From the NCBI GenBank assembly GCA_973895155.1, contig OZ316898.1:8791079-8855078 (forward strand): a stretch of DNA of 64,000 nt. The letters are read 5' to 3'. Shown one piece after another: positions 37,165-50,937 of the stretch. This stretch comes from Marsupella aquatica. Its lineage: Eukaryota > Plantae > Marchantiophyta. The position numbers and the translations under genes were made by a program. Below the pieces are notes generated by a model. That model ran no database searches. It had not been told where the DNA came from and saw only the letters and a program-made list of their open reading frames with translations. Numbering within the stretch: position 1 is the stretch's first letter; each line of letters starts with the position of its first letter.

Positions 37165-40100
37165 TCACCCAGTGTTCCGCATGCCTGCAGCAATCCCGTT
37201 AATAGTGATGAGAAGGGCATCTCTAAGCTTCGGGTTATTTTCATCTCGTCTCAATCTTTGGAGGATCTCCACCTGAAGCATGTTGATCGGGTTTAAGTAC
37301 GCCAACCTACTCTCTATCAAGCGCCTTAGAGTCTTGTTGTTCTCGGACAATTTGTGGTGGCCACTCACTTCGAGGACAGAACTCTCTGTCGTAAAGAAAG
37401 CTTCGCGGAGCTCCACTCCGAGGTGCTGTCGTTCAGGCCCAACAAGCACTTCGTCGTAGTGTTTTGCAATGGGTATATCGGCCTTGGCAAGAATCATCTC
37501 AATGAGATCAATTGTGGACTGGAAAAATGGCCATTCCCTGTACATTGCTTGCAGTTCGTCCTTGTTCCCCCTGCCAATGACCGCTTGCAAACCTGCCCCA
37601 ACTCCCAGCCAAGCAGGCAAGACGAAGCGAGTTTGTGTCCAGGCAAATATCCACGGGATGGCCCGAAGCTGTTGCACACCGCCAGTTTTCTTCCGTCGAG
37701 CGGGTCGACTTCCGATGTTGAGGTTGCCCAATTCTGCTTCGGGGGTTGCTTCATGGAAGTACTGGAGAAAGTGCTCATTCTGAAACACGATGCTCCTGTA
37801 GTGCTGACAACTAACCTCGGATATGTGATCCATGATGTTTCTCCAGCTGGCAGACCGGGGAGGATCTGGTGGGTGCAAAGTTGCAAGAAGGACAGCTGTG
37901 GTGTAGATCTCTAGCTGGCGCACTGAAGTTTGGGCAAGACCGAACTTGGCCTGCACCATTTCTCCCTGCTCTGTGACACGAAGTGAACCCTGGGAGCAAC
38001 CACATCAAAACATATGAAGAGCTCTCTGTGCAGCAGGGAATGTAAAAAACACAACTGACCGGATTACGAATTTGATGGGTTAAAATCCCTAGGTAAGACT
38101 CATCCTGCCTAGAAGGACATTGGACCATCATCGGGCAAGTAGCTAGATGTGTGCTCGGGTCCTACTGGAGAGATGAATGCCAAGTGCAGCTAAGCACGAA
38201 TCCTGTCTCCTACTAATCCAACTATGCTGAACTATCGTTTACAGTAACAGAATTGTTTCATCTTCGAAGTTCCGCATCCTCCTTGTCTTACCATTACTAC
38301 ACAAAGAAAATCCAAGTACATAGCATGTGCGCAACAGAATGAATTACATACATCAATTTGATAGCAAAACCACTTTGTCAGGAAAAGCTAAGTCTCAGTT
38401 GTTTGCTCACAACCTGAGCATGAGTGAAGAGTAATTAGAAGGATTGCCCTCACCATAACAGAGCCGGGTGGTTGTGACTGGACAGCAAGATACATAGGTC
38501 CACCACCGCGCCCAACACTGCCACCTCTGCCATGGAAGAGAGTGACTTTGATATTGAACTCCCGGCATGCAGTTACTACAGCCTCCTGGGCTTTGTAGAG
38601 CTCCCATGCAGCGGTGAACCGTCCAGCATCTTTACCAGAGTCTGAATAGCCAAGCATGACCTGCAATTCCGGGATTTTCAAATTAGCAGGTAAGAGAAGT
38701 GATCACATGAAACAAAATGCTCTAACATTTTAAAGTAAAGATTGAGGAAGCCATCAAATCTTCCTGGGCCTAGATTATTTTCATACTTTCCGAAAAAAGG
38801 AGCTTATATATCTGCGAGTACGATATCTTCGTGCTCAATAAATGGTCGGAAATACCTCTTGGTGGCTGTTGTGATTCTCGATTAAATGCTCCTTGTACCA
38901 ATCAATACTTAAAAGCTTGCGAACAACATTTCCTGCGTCCCGTAAATCTTTGACAGTTTCAAAGAGAGGCACAACGCGCAACCTGTAACACAAGCAGAAC
39001 ACAAGAACACACGCAAGAAAGTTAATATGGTACATAAGAAAACCGTAATAAAATTGTAGGTGCAGAAGTTTGAAAATATCGGGTGCCGGAAGAGGCATCT
39101 CATATTCGGGAACTGAATTGCTCTCTGAAATGTGAAAAGTACAGATGTTTACAATACTCAGATGCAACCAATCATTCAAACTACGTTGGAATGAAATCCA
39201 AACTAGGATATTTCCTTTTATCAGAGGGCATATAGTCAGCTGTTTATTCATGAAGACAAGACTTAAAATCGTGCAAGACGCTTACGAGGTGCCTGGGCAC
39301 GGTTTGCCAAGCTCTCCGCTAACAGTAAGACATGCTTCCTTTTGAAGTAGCTCCACCGCGAGTACATCACTAGCCTGTTGTACGCATCCGAACGTGAGCA
39401 CCAGTTTATCAGCTTAAATTACCTTGCAGAGAAGAGACAACTACAAACCATCGAAACCTTTCTCTTCCGAATAGTGACTGGGTTTGAGTGAACAACCTCG
39501 GAGGCCATAGATATAATGTATGCCTCAAGTGAATTCGAACCCAGCTCCGCAGCCACGCGGAACGTGTTTAACACCTCTCTAACCTCATCCGAAACCTGCG
39601 TTTACGACTTGTTTGTCAAAACAGTAACTAGTGGAACACCGAAAATTGGAACCCTACAGAACTGGAATTCACGACAATTCAATGAACACACACAGGGTTA
39701 ACAGCTTAAGGATGAGGCTACCCTGGGTTGGAGAGTGAGCACAAATCATAAATTTAGGCTGCTAACGAAATACTTTAATCGAATTTCACATACCTATCTG
39801 CAAGTAGTAACAATTATTTATGGGCCGCTCTGATTGGTCGGGTCACTCCTTACTGTCTAATAGCAAATCCTTAGGGCCGAATACTCTGTATATATTTATT
39901 AGAAAAACGAGCGCAATTGGAGGCACTGGAGGCTATCGTCATTGCGATGCACACACCTCTATTGTCGGAGGAATAAGAGGTCTCTTTCCTTTCAACTCCG
40001 TGACCAAGAATTTGAGCTTTTTCTCTTCGTCCCACTCACTATAGGTTCCCATATCCAAAAACTCCGTGATAGCATTCAAGGCTTCAGCATGCTTGTCGGA

Positions 40101-43100
40101 TTCCTGGCATTGGAATGACACAAGAATATTTTTTCTGCGTCAATTATTATAGATAGCAGTTCTGAAAATGGCACAACAACAGAGTCCGATCTATTAAGAA
40201 TGAGAACGAATAGACTCTAGCTCATCTCCTTGACAGGCAATAACATTGGTGTACCTGGCGGATATCAAGTTTCATTAGAGTCATTCCAAATGTACTGACT
40301 CGCCTTATCAAGTCAGCAAGTCGGCCATCTGCTAGCAGGCCAGAGCCACTCGACTCCTGCAAACCAACAAGCCTCAGCATTTCTCCAGCATTCTAACGAG
40401 GAAGGATGAGACTCAGAGAAGCAATAGTAGCATTTGCTAATAAACGTGGCCAATACAACTCTTGTCACGTTTTCACTGTACCACTCGAACAGGTGTCTTA
40501 ATCAATTTCATCAATCAGTAGTTAACAAAAACTCTTGCTAGTAGGTATTCCTGGACCACTAGTCAACAGCAGACCCTCCTAAGTTCCACACTTTCAGCAT
40601 TGTGCTAAGCTCAGTTTCAAACCATGGATTCATGGCACATCAAAAGTGGTTCAAGAAGCTCCTCTGTCGTCTCGTAGTACTCATCAGCTTCGTAATCACA
40701 AGTCAAACCTTCAAGGAGCATCTCCATGCGACGCCTGGTATTAACAAGCTGAGAGAGACGACCAAAGCTTCATAAGTTTATGATGTTATCAAAGATTTTT
40801 CGAAAACGAGAAGCCTGACTTGTTCAATTCCACTGGGGCCTCGCTACCGAATGTCAGAGCTGACAATGCAGATCTTGACGATATCTAAATGGACACCTAA
40901 ATGTGAGGCACTTAAATTCACGATATTATCACGATCCTCGAAGAATGCAAACTACAGCTAAAATATTGAGATGCATTCACCTGCAAGAGACAATTTCTCA
41001 CCATATGTAAATGAAAAGCAAAGAATTCTCAGACTATCAATCTCAGACACCGAATACTCTCACCACAATCTCTTACGCAGTATTTTCAGTTTGAAGGTAA
41101 GGATGTGAAAGAGCTTTGCCAATCAGTGTAACTTCACCTCACCTTTTCCCGCAAATGGCCAAGGACAATTCTGTAGGGGGCAATATCAGGACGGCCCCTC
41201 AAACTCGGATGTAGCAGCTTGTCCACACTTGAAGTTTTCAAATTAGAATCTGATGAATTTTTCTTCTTGAAAGAGCCAGACTGCGTCAATCCCAGAGCCC
41301 TTGCTGATGTTGGGGTGGGGGGTGTTGAAGATATAACAGGTGAAGACCGTGGTGATGCAAGAGAGAGGGCACGGAGAGTAAGCCCAAGGCCTTGAGCATC
41401 GGACTTAGCAGCGGTTGGAGACTCTTCTTTTGACACCATTCCAGAGCTAATAGTATCAGCTATAGATGGAGCCTGCAAGACGGAAATGAAATCATAAAAC
41501 TGATCATTAAGTGCTGACACGCACTAACTTAGGGAATATTTAGTAATTTCTGTCACATGGTTGTGAAAAGAACTAACGCTAAAGCTGATAACATCGGTCA
41601 AATGTCTCACAGGAAAGTAATTGACATGCTGTTCTAGGGAAAATTGAGCCATTGTTTAGTCGTTTTACAACGATTAAAGTAAAACGAATCTGCTTACCTG
41701 AAATGTATCAGTCACTGGAAGTTCTAGCATGGGCATTTCAGCCTCTCCATCATTAGCATTACCTGATACGGTCCACCACCAAATGTGTTTACATTTAGAC
41801 CGGCCTCTTGAAAGAATCTTTTCCGACGGATTGTAACGAGCCATACTCTGGAACGTGTTGAATGAATGCGATAATTGCATTATGTTGTTTCTTGAATTAC
41901 TTGACAGTTCAATCGGACCGAAGACGACATGCAGCTGTTACCAAACGTAGCACAAGAAGCACTGGTATGTGAAGTACCAGTGAAGCCGGGTACATCTGCT
42001 CCAAATGGAAGATGCGATGGAAGAGGATGGCCAGGTATCTCTACGTCATCTGAATGCTTCTTCTGTCGCTGATTAAACCAGCTATCATGATGGTGGTCTT
42101 CATGGTGATGCTGCTCTGCAGCCACAATCCCAATTCACTAACATTACCGTTTGACTCACAGAGTAACCTTGGCTGCGTAAGGCCTCTACTGCCCAGTAAC
42201 TTCGGATTCGAGTCCTATTGCACAATTGTGATGCGCATTAAATTTGTTAGTGGGATAAGATACTGAATACACACCACGTGTCAAAATGTCGTACGCAATC
42301 CGAGCGAGCTTGTCACTGCAAGTGCTCATTGACAGCTCAAAGCGTAACCCGTCAATTTCTCGAAGATATAAGTCTGCAGCAATCCATCTTGCAAGATAGC
42401 TGACATCTCTAGTAACCTGCAGTCATACCATCACAAGAAGTTCGGGCTTCACTGTCTCCTTGCACCTCCATCCCAAACTTATGATAATGAAGATACTTAC
42501 TCTACCTCCACCTACGTATTAGCTTTGTCAAGCCGGATGTCAGCGGCGCAGTCATCGCGCGTCTCTAAACACGTAATGTGTCTGAAATACGGAAATTGTT
42601 CAAACATCGCTAAGACGAACCTTTAATGCCATGGCCACAATCGATAAGTAGCCACAATCGATAAGTACAACAGAATAACGAATTTTAACCCAAGAACAAT
42701 TCAACACTCCTAAAAGTGCAACTGACCTTCGCAGTAACATTTGGGTTCCCATCCCTGTCTCCTCCCATCCATGACCCAAACTTTATGGGAGTACTTGTCA
42801 GGGGAAGAGGCTTCCCTGTGTGCTGCAGAAAAGGGAATTTCCACGTTAGCTAGGACCCTCGCGTACTTCCGGCGGAAATAAAATAAATTTCACAAATTTG
42901 ACTGTTTTGAAGAGGTCGGGCCAGAAGGTTCCTAAAAAGTGCCACACGTCTCTTTTATTTATCATTAAGTTTTCAGATCTTGAATACCTTTTTGAGAGCA
43001 TTGCTGACTCGGCGTAAGTAGTGAGGGACAGCCTTCCAAAGGGATTGTTCGACAATGTGCAATCCTGCGAACGAGAAGAGGTAACTCAACCCGATGTCCA

Positions 43101-45457
43101 CCAAAAGTTTGCAGCGGAAAGGGTATGACAATAATTAGGGCCAATTTACCTCCACGAGCTTCATCTACTGGAGTGGGCTTCCGCCGCCTCAGTTCATCTG
43201 TTTGCCACAGTGAGGTTATTTCTCTGACCTGAACAGCATGTCACGAAATAAAATGAGCACAGTTAAAACCTATGCGGACGCCGTACCATCTCAGGGAGAG
43301 ACATGGTTTTGAACAATATCTTAAATCCACTTACAAATATATAGAAGTAAAAATTCGTAGGGTTTCCTTGAGAAAAGAATACATACCAGGTCTTCAATAA
43401 GTAAATCTTTGTCTTCATGAGTCAGATCTGTCCGATCGTTTCTCTCAAGGAGGTGCTACGGAAACAAACAGGAGAAGGAAAGGTGTGTCATACAACCAGA
43501 TGTCCTCACCAGGCAAAATTCAGATCCTAATTCGATGTTATCTCCGGTCCAACTTTTCGAAAACATGTCTGAGACCTTTTTAACTATGGCATTCGGATAC
43601 TCTCCTCAGAGAATTCAAATATGCAGCCAGAGTACATCTCAAGACGCAAAACATCCTTGAATTCCTGCACTTCAAGTGAACCCTATATGCATGTAAACTA
43701 GTTACTTATAACCATGGCATTTGACGAAACGGGATACTGGGAAATGCCGCGATGGCTTCAGTATAAATTACGGACAATGAGCATAATGGCTCGGGCATAA
43801 TAATGTAGTCAGTTGCGATATAGTAGAACAATGACTAGCCTTACGTCACTCACCGCAATCCTCAAAAATTTGTATTGTATCGTTCGCCTGTTTATCTGAG
43901 TAGGATGGGCTGTTAGAACTACGCCAACGTCCTGAAAAAATTGTCAGTCTTGTCAGAAATCGACTCCGAAAAGAGAGTTTCAAATAAGGAGCCCAAAAGG
44001 TTGAATAGTTTAAGCAAATTCAGCAAAAAATCAAGGCACCAGGTCAGAGATTTGGTGTATAGTGACGGCACGCGCCTGTTCACAAACGGCTTTGTATAAA
44101 TCATCCTGAGAAACTCCACTCTGAATAAGCCTGTGAAAAACATCGTCACATGATTTTGACATGTGACCCGGTAATTTCGTTCTCCGCACACTGTAGACAA
44201 CAATGGATTGATGATCAGTTTAACGCTTATCCCTGCGCTTTGCAATGAAACCTCAGAAGAGTTACAAGCCTAGCGATAAACTGGAAAGGGGAGTCCACGG
44301 AGACTTACCGATGATGCGTTTCTGCGATGCCCATCAGATTGAGATAGGCACTGAATGTTCTAGCGAGAGGCACTGCCTCCTCCAACTCCATATTTGACAC
44401 CTCTTCCTTAAGTTGCTTCGAGAGCATATCTGCTGCGTTGGTCACACCCGCCATGCGCATATTGCACGCGCTCTGGAACAATATATAACGCTATAACTAT
44501 CAGAACATTTTCTCCAGCGGAGCATCAATAATGATTTCTTCCGGCTATCGGCGTTTGCTGTTGACTAGTATCTGAGGTACGAAGAAACTACTATATGTTT
44601 GAACTCTGTTTAGCAAGCTATCCAACCACTACGAGCAATCCCCCACCCGTCCTGTCTTCTTACCCTGAAGTAGCAAAATCTACATCTATGTTGAAACAAA
44701 CGCGCTAATTTGCAAACAGTTCGTGTTCAAAGCAGTTTACAGTATAGACATAGCACGTTAATAAAATTATAGCCACATTATGGCCGCGGATCACATCCTC
44801 AGAGAGTGACCAATGCTACGAAATATATGCGGGTGGTGACATTCAACTCAAAAATATCGATTATGACGATCGACACCGTCAGTGAGATAAATAAATTTCC
44901 TGGCACGACATTCGCAAAACGGCGCTACAATAGCGAATTCAGCGTTCTTATTGCTCGGTCGATACTCCGTATGGTTCTGGAGCTTTTTTCATGCCTATCT
45001 TTCAGATATCGCTCGCTGTAAGGGGATTCGACCCGCCAAAGTAATCTAGGCGGCTCGGGAATTCTTGGCACGACATAGCGTTCTGAGAGAGTCATTTTAG
45101 CATTCCATTAAATTCGTGCAATGCACTCGGCAATGCAGAGCTGTGAGGCTAACGTCGAAAAAGAAAACGCCCGACGAATGAACACTCCTTTTGAAATAGA
45201 CCTCTACTCAACTGATGAACGACCACTTACTAAAATTGTTATCTGAAGCAACAAAATTGCGGAACGCGCTCAACGTGAAAGATCAATGGACTGCATGATA
45301 CCTGCGCCAACAGCCGCACGCGTTCAACTTTCTCTGTAAAATGTGGTCCAACCTCCCGCGACAGACAGTCATTCAGCAGGTTGCCCAAAAGATGGCAATC
45401 ATCATCAAACGCCTGAAACGAAATCTCTTCAGCAATATCGTCCGTCGTGTCCGTCAT
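37165..45457 (-). CDS. PPC4: Bacterial-type phosphoenolpyruvate carboxylase (BTPC), 20 exons, ~1076 aa
   Basis: Starts [15 protein letters not shown] with no plant-type N-terminal phospho-Ser motif, and ends RNTG. Motifs [61 protein letters not shown]. Exons: 45457-45302, 44472-44309, 44190-44076, 43931-43854, 43455-43387, 43228-43150, 43064-42988, 42822-42727, 42416-42275, 42115-41978, 41762-41698, 41472-41143, 40748-40623, 40356-40255, 40103-39957, 39595-39497, 39374-39286, 38982-38856, 38660-38454, 37989-37165 (3231 nt). Confidence 0.95.
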
Positions 45458-45924
45458 GATTATTACTCCACAGTAAGCACTAAAAATGACGTATCCAAAA
45501 CGAACGATTCCTTCGTAGAAAGCGCTGCTTCCTCCCTCCCTCCCTCCCTTCCTCCACCCCTCCCCCCCTACCCCACTGTCTTCCTTCCTTCGTAAGCGCC
45601 GACGCAATTTCAATTTCAATTTCAATTCCAATCCATTACGCTCCCTCCCTCCCCCTGTCTATCTATCGATCTCACTATCTATCTCAGCCTTTTAAAAACA
45701 GGACGAGCTTCCGCGTTGCCCTGCCTCATCGCAAGCTCCTTCTTCTAGTCCTCTCCCCTTCACATTACCATTGCCGCATCGGCAAAATCCGCGTGCAAGC
45801 AAGCGCAGCCTCGCTCAATGCTCCACCCTTCTCAAATGCCCGTCTCAAAAGCTTTTGCATCTCCCCTCCGTGTATGTTCGTCTCTCGTCGTCAGCACATC
45901 GTCTGCCCAAGAAGAACTTTCCAT

Positions 45925-45975
45925 CTCTTCTCTTCTCTTCTCTTCTCTTCTCCTCTCCTCTCGTCTCTTCTCTTC
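45925..45975. repeat. (TCTTC)n-type microsatellite upstream of PPC4
   Basis: Visible pentamer run. Pyrimidine tracts and (CAATTT)n also occur at 45530-45660. Confidence 0.85.
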
Positions 45976-48508
45976 AAGATGGGCTGATAGTGAAAACCCA
46001 TTTTTTACCATTCACTTTTCACTTGGCGCGCTCCGCTCACGGCGGATAACTATTTACCGCGTCCCTGAGCGCGGGGAGACACAGTGAAACTTGGACGGCG
46101 CCGGGAAGGAGGGAATGATGAATGACAATGATTACGGTGTTATACTCGCCGGTAAATTTATAATTTGGGTCGGTCGCCGGCGAAGTTGCGGCTCTCGTAA
46201 CGTGTCAAAAGCCAAGTTGTACTATCACACGCAACTATTACGGGAATAACATAATATCCGAACAATTATTCTGTGGGAATGTTTCTGTCAAGAAGATGCT
46301 TGAATGGCTCACAACTTCTGAGCTGGAAACTCCAATGGACCGACACTTTTTGACCCCTCAAAATAGAGCGCATTTATACGCACGAAGTGTGCTACCTGGA
46401 TAAACAAGTTACAATGGTACATGGGGGATATTGTGGTCCATCAGAGAATCACATGGTGAACCGTGGGTGACCAAACATAATAATACAACTAGGGTGACTT
46501 TACAAGACTCCGGGTAATTGTGACTTTTTCACCAAAGGTTACTTGTATAGGGTAATAAAGGCTTGGTCTTGGGTTATTAGTCTGTAACCCTGTGATCAGA
46601 AAGTGAAAAAATGTTGATCGGAGGTTGCCGAGAAATTTTTCTGAGCTTTGTGGGAACAGGTTTCAGACAATAACCCCAACCCAAGTTGTCATTATCATAC
46701 ATAATACCTGCTCAGTAAAAAGATTACCGGGAACATTTTCTAGGCATAGGGTTATGGAAATGATGGCACCTAGTAGAAAAGGTTACACACTGGTAGCGTC
46801 CTGACAGGAATTACAGTAAAACATAGAACCACATTTAGGAAAAATATATTCCAAACAGAAAAATGTAAAAACACTCCATGAATAAAAAGCATCTTACCAG
46901 GAGACAATATCCCAAAGGCCAAAAACCCCATAAAAGGAGGCAAACACAGGAAAAAACTGGGAAAATCAAAGAGCCAACAAAACCAATGGCCACAAAACCC
47001 TAGAGTCCAAATGGCAAGAGAACTAAGGCTTGCAAAGAAGGGATACCCTCCACTCAACTCCGCTCTCTTGGGGGTACTTGCCCTCGCCCTTGCCTGAGTT
47101 TGCTCCACACTACACCAACTCCAACTCCAGTTGATGCAATAATCTTTTGAAATAATCTTGCATAGAAATTAACTTCAATAAATGCAATGTATAAATGCAA
47201 ATCTTTACTGAGGGAGCAAAAGCTAACGTTTGGAAATGATTGGATCATCTTTATAGGTAATCTAAAATTCTGGACAATATAAGTACTCCGCATAAACTGT
47301 TACTTGGGCCCACTGCTTGGCATTTAGGATAAGGAGAAACCGTACCTGAATGGCTCTCTAGTTAAGCAAACTAGAGTCATTTCCATTCATTATAAGTTCA
47401 TATTTAATCTGCGAGTGAATAAGAAGGCGCCAAGGGTCCCCAGGTCTTATAAAGCCACCCCACAAATTTTTGGCTCTTGAGTATTTTGGTTCTTTGGTCT
47501 TCTTGTGTTTTTCTCGTGCTTTTCCTCCTTCATTCGGTCATCTACCTTTGGTGTCCTGCCTCCTTCTTTGGCCCTTTTTGCTTTTAGACAGTGTTATATA
47601 TACTTCATTAATTAATATGAAGTACAGCACGAGCAAGTGAAGGAAGGACATACATACAATGGCTTTCACGAGCAAAACATGGCTCAAAAGGTTGCTTGTG
47701 TCCTGAGATGCTGACCCAACAGCCAAAGGAAGATGGGGGAGAACATGTCACTCATTTCACTTCAGTCCAACAAAAAGTCTCAGCCAGCAGTAGTTGTAAC
47801 AGGGCTGGTCTGCAGAGTGGGTACTCCAAATTGCTATCCCCAGGTAAAATTCCAAGTGCAGTGTTGTTGTTGCACAGAAGTCAGCCAGTGCCCCCAGCTA
47901 AGTAAAATTGAGGTAATTGTGTTCTTGTATAGATAGGTTCTCGCAAAAAAAACTTTAAAAAACTTGGCACCCACCACAAAATGTGACATTTCAAAATTGG
48001 CGGGCTGGAAAAACATGCTGGCAGTTTCCCACCCCACGTGTGGAAGGCAAAATGCCATAGGAAATGGTGTCATTTCTTGATATTGGCCATAACACATGTG
48101 TTGGCTAGGTATGAGGGAGATAAAAAAGGAGGAAATTGAATGGCAAGCTGAGAAAGTCCCCAAAGATAAAATCACTTTCTGCAATTGAGTATTGCAAACC
48201 AAGTTACCACTACAGTAACTCAAAGCTTGCCAACAGCTGTCCCCTAGGCTCCAGGTGCTCATCCAACATTCTCCAACAGCTAGCTGGTCCCTTCTAATTC
48301 CATCCACCTTTCCATCTTCTTCGTCTGAACTTGAGTAGGGCATACAATTGATTTTGAATAGTTTTAAAAATCACATGAAGAGGAAAATCGTTTTCATTTC
48401 CACCTTGAATGAACCATTTGGCAGCTCTCCCGCCAAATGGGATCTAGCAATTCCGTCGGAGCATCTTGTCAATCCTTCAAGTGCACGAGGGCTGGCTTCA
48501 TGTTCACA

Positions 48509-49790
48509 CTAGCTCAATACCCGTGCGTTGCACACAAGATGTCGTCACGGCCAAGATGTCATTGAGAACAAAAGAGGTCATGTCGGCCAAGAGGTTGTTG
48601 AGAAGAAAGATGTCGTGTTGCCCAAGATGTTGTTGAGAACAAAAGATGTCGTGTCGGCCAAAATGTCGGTGATAACAAAAGATGTCATGTCGACCAAGAG
48701 GTCGTTCAGAACAAAAGATGTCGTGTCGACCAAGATGTCATGTCGGCCATGAATTGGTTGAGAAAAAAAATGTCGTGTCGACCAAGAGATTGTTGAGAAA
48801 AATGTTGTATTGGCCAAGAGGTTGTTGAGAAAAATGATGTCGTGTCGGCCAAGATCTCATTGATAAAAAAGACGTCGTATCGGCCAATAAGTCATTGAGA
48901 CAAAGGATGTCGTGTTGGCAAAGAAGTTGTTGAGAAAAAAATGTCATGTTGGCCAAGACGTTGTTGAGAGAAAAGAAGTTGTGTCGGGCAAGACATCACT
49001 GAGAAAAAAGATGTTGTGTCGGCCAAGACGTCATTGAGAAAACAGATGTCGTGTTGGCCAAGACATCGTTGAGGAAAAATACCCGTGCATTGCACAAAAG
49101 ATTTTGTGTCGCCCAAAATGTAAAAGATGTCATCATGTGAAAGATGGCGTTAAGAAAAAGTTGTCATTTTGCCAAACTAAGTTATTGTGAAGTAAATGAT
49201 GTTATAAGTAAAAAGGTGTTGTTTCACCCAATATGTCCTTAATATGTGAAAGATAGCTCAATACCCGTGCGTTGCACAAAATATGATGTTAAGAAAAAAT
49301 ATGTCATTTCGCCAAAGATGCTGTCAACAAAAAAGGTGTCATGTTGCCAAAGATTTTGTTAAGAAAAAATATATTGTGTTGCCAAAGATTTCGTTAAGGA
49401 AAAAGATGTCATGTTGCCAAAGATGTCGTTAAGAAAAAAGATGTCATGTTGCCAAAGACGTCGTTAAGAAAAAAGATATCATGTTGCCAAAGATGTCGTT
49501 AATATGTGAAAGATGTTGTGAAGTAAGAAGATGTCATTAAGAACTATGATGTCGTGTTGCCAAAGGTGTTGTGAAGAAAAAATGTTCTTATGTGAAAAAT
49601 GTCGTGAAATAAAAAGATGTTGATACGCCAAAGATGTCTTTATGTCTAAGATGTCGTCAGGTAAAAGAAGATGTTTCACCAAAGATGTTATTAAGTATTT
49701 TTTGTTAAGTACAAAATGGTCGATAAGTAAAGGATGTCGTTAGACAAAGATGCAAGTTGTGAAGTAAAAGATGTTCTTAAGTACAATTGA
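48509..49790 (-). mobile_element. Helitron-like element with AAGATGTC-core minisatellite arrays and repeated 3'-end motifs; right boundary unresolved
   Basis: Minus strand ends GTGCAACGCACGGGTATTGAG-CTAG|T at 48509. The motif recurs at 49078-49097 and 49253-49278. Arrays of ~33-35-bp units (AAAGATGTCGTGTCGGCCAAGATGTCGTTGAGAA-like). Confidence 0.6.
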
Positions 49791-50846
49791 AAATATTGCT
49801 AGTAAACCATGTTAAGTTAAGTAAAAAAAATGTTAAGTTGTTGCCACTTTTTTGTCACCCCTTGCATCCTGAAGCCCCATTGATAACCCCAAAGTTTTTG
49901 TTACGTTATTAAGCTTTTTGCTGAAAGTTACCATCATTGGCTACTTACTTAAAACTTCTTACTTAAAGTCGCCGCAATAGCTTAATTGACGTTGTCTGCC
50001 CCGATGTCGAGACCCCCTAGGGTAACGGCGCTGCTTGGCTGACTTTTCAATGGCCCTTTCCCTGCACTTGCATATATCTTGGAACCTCATCAGTAACCCC
50101 AATTTTTTGGTTACTTTAAGCTTAGTTTGATTAAAGTTGACTGCGGCCGCTTTCTTGGCTTTGGCCGCCCCAACGCCAATTCCCCTTGAGGCAACGGCAC
50201 GACTCAGCCCACTTTTCAACAAAACAATTTGCCTACCCCTTGCATGGAACCCCTTGGTAACCTCATCCAAGTTTACTCGGCTCCTTAGTCGTCAATACCA
50301 TGCCCCCTTGGGATAGTGGTGTGGTTTGGAACACTTTCCAATATTGGAGGACCTGCCACCCCCAGACCAACTTTGGTCCAGATATTTTGGCCCCCACCCC
50401 ATGCCTCTTCCTGGGGTAAACAAAGTGGCAAGACATAACAACAACTGAGGGGTTGTTGGGGAGTTGGAACCCGGGGCAAGATTGAGTTAGGGTTGGAGAT
50501 GGGACTTTGGGGCCCCGGGTTTAAAACATTAATTTTTTGTTTTTAGCCAATGTGGCAAATGTCAGCCTCTCAAAGGTAGGAGATGCTAGGAGTATTCTTC
50601 CACAATTTTTCTTGAATTATATCCTATTCGTCAGATATCCCTAGATTTACATACAACCGTTAGATTTTGGCAAATGAGGTCCATGATTTGGTGGGAGAGT
50701 GGCCAATGGTATGCAAAAAATCTAGCAAATGTTTGGCAAAAGTGGTGGAAAAAGTGGTGAACACATCTTGGGGAGGTAGAATTTGGCAAAAGCTTGCACC
50801 AAAAAAATACATTTATTGGATCGAGGCTAGGGCCAGGGTAGTCTCA

Positions 50847-50937
50847 GGAGTTATCATGGCTTCCTCTTCACTCTCCCTCTTCTGGCCATTCCGGAGTTAT
50901 CATGGCTTCCTCTTCACTCTCCCTCTTCTGGCCATTC
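50847..50937. repeat. 46-bp tandem duplication
   Basis: GGAGTTATCATGGCTTCCTCTTCACTCTCCCTCTTCTGGCCATTC occurs at 50847 and 50893. Confidence 0.9.

Noticed and set aside
37354-37914. 186-aa plus-strand ORF
   Set aside because: Antisense shadow of the last PPC4 exon.
46470-46772. Cluster of short inverted repeats upstream of PPC4
   Set aside because: Probably an old MITE, but termini and TSD could not be defined.
48528-49682. CRISPR-like look of the arrays and their repeat-rich ORFs (also 7301-7884)
   Set aside because: Eukaryotic context, degenerate tandem units without unique spacers, and no cas genes.
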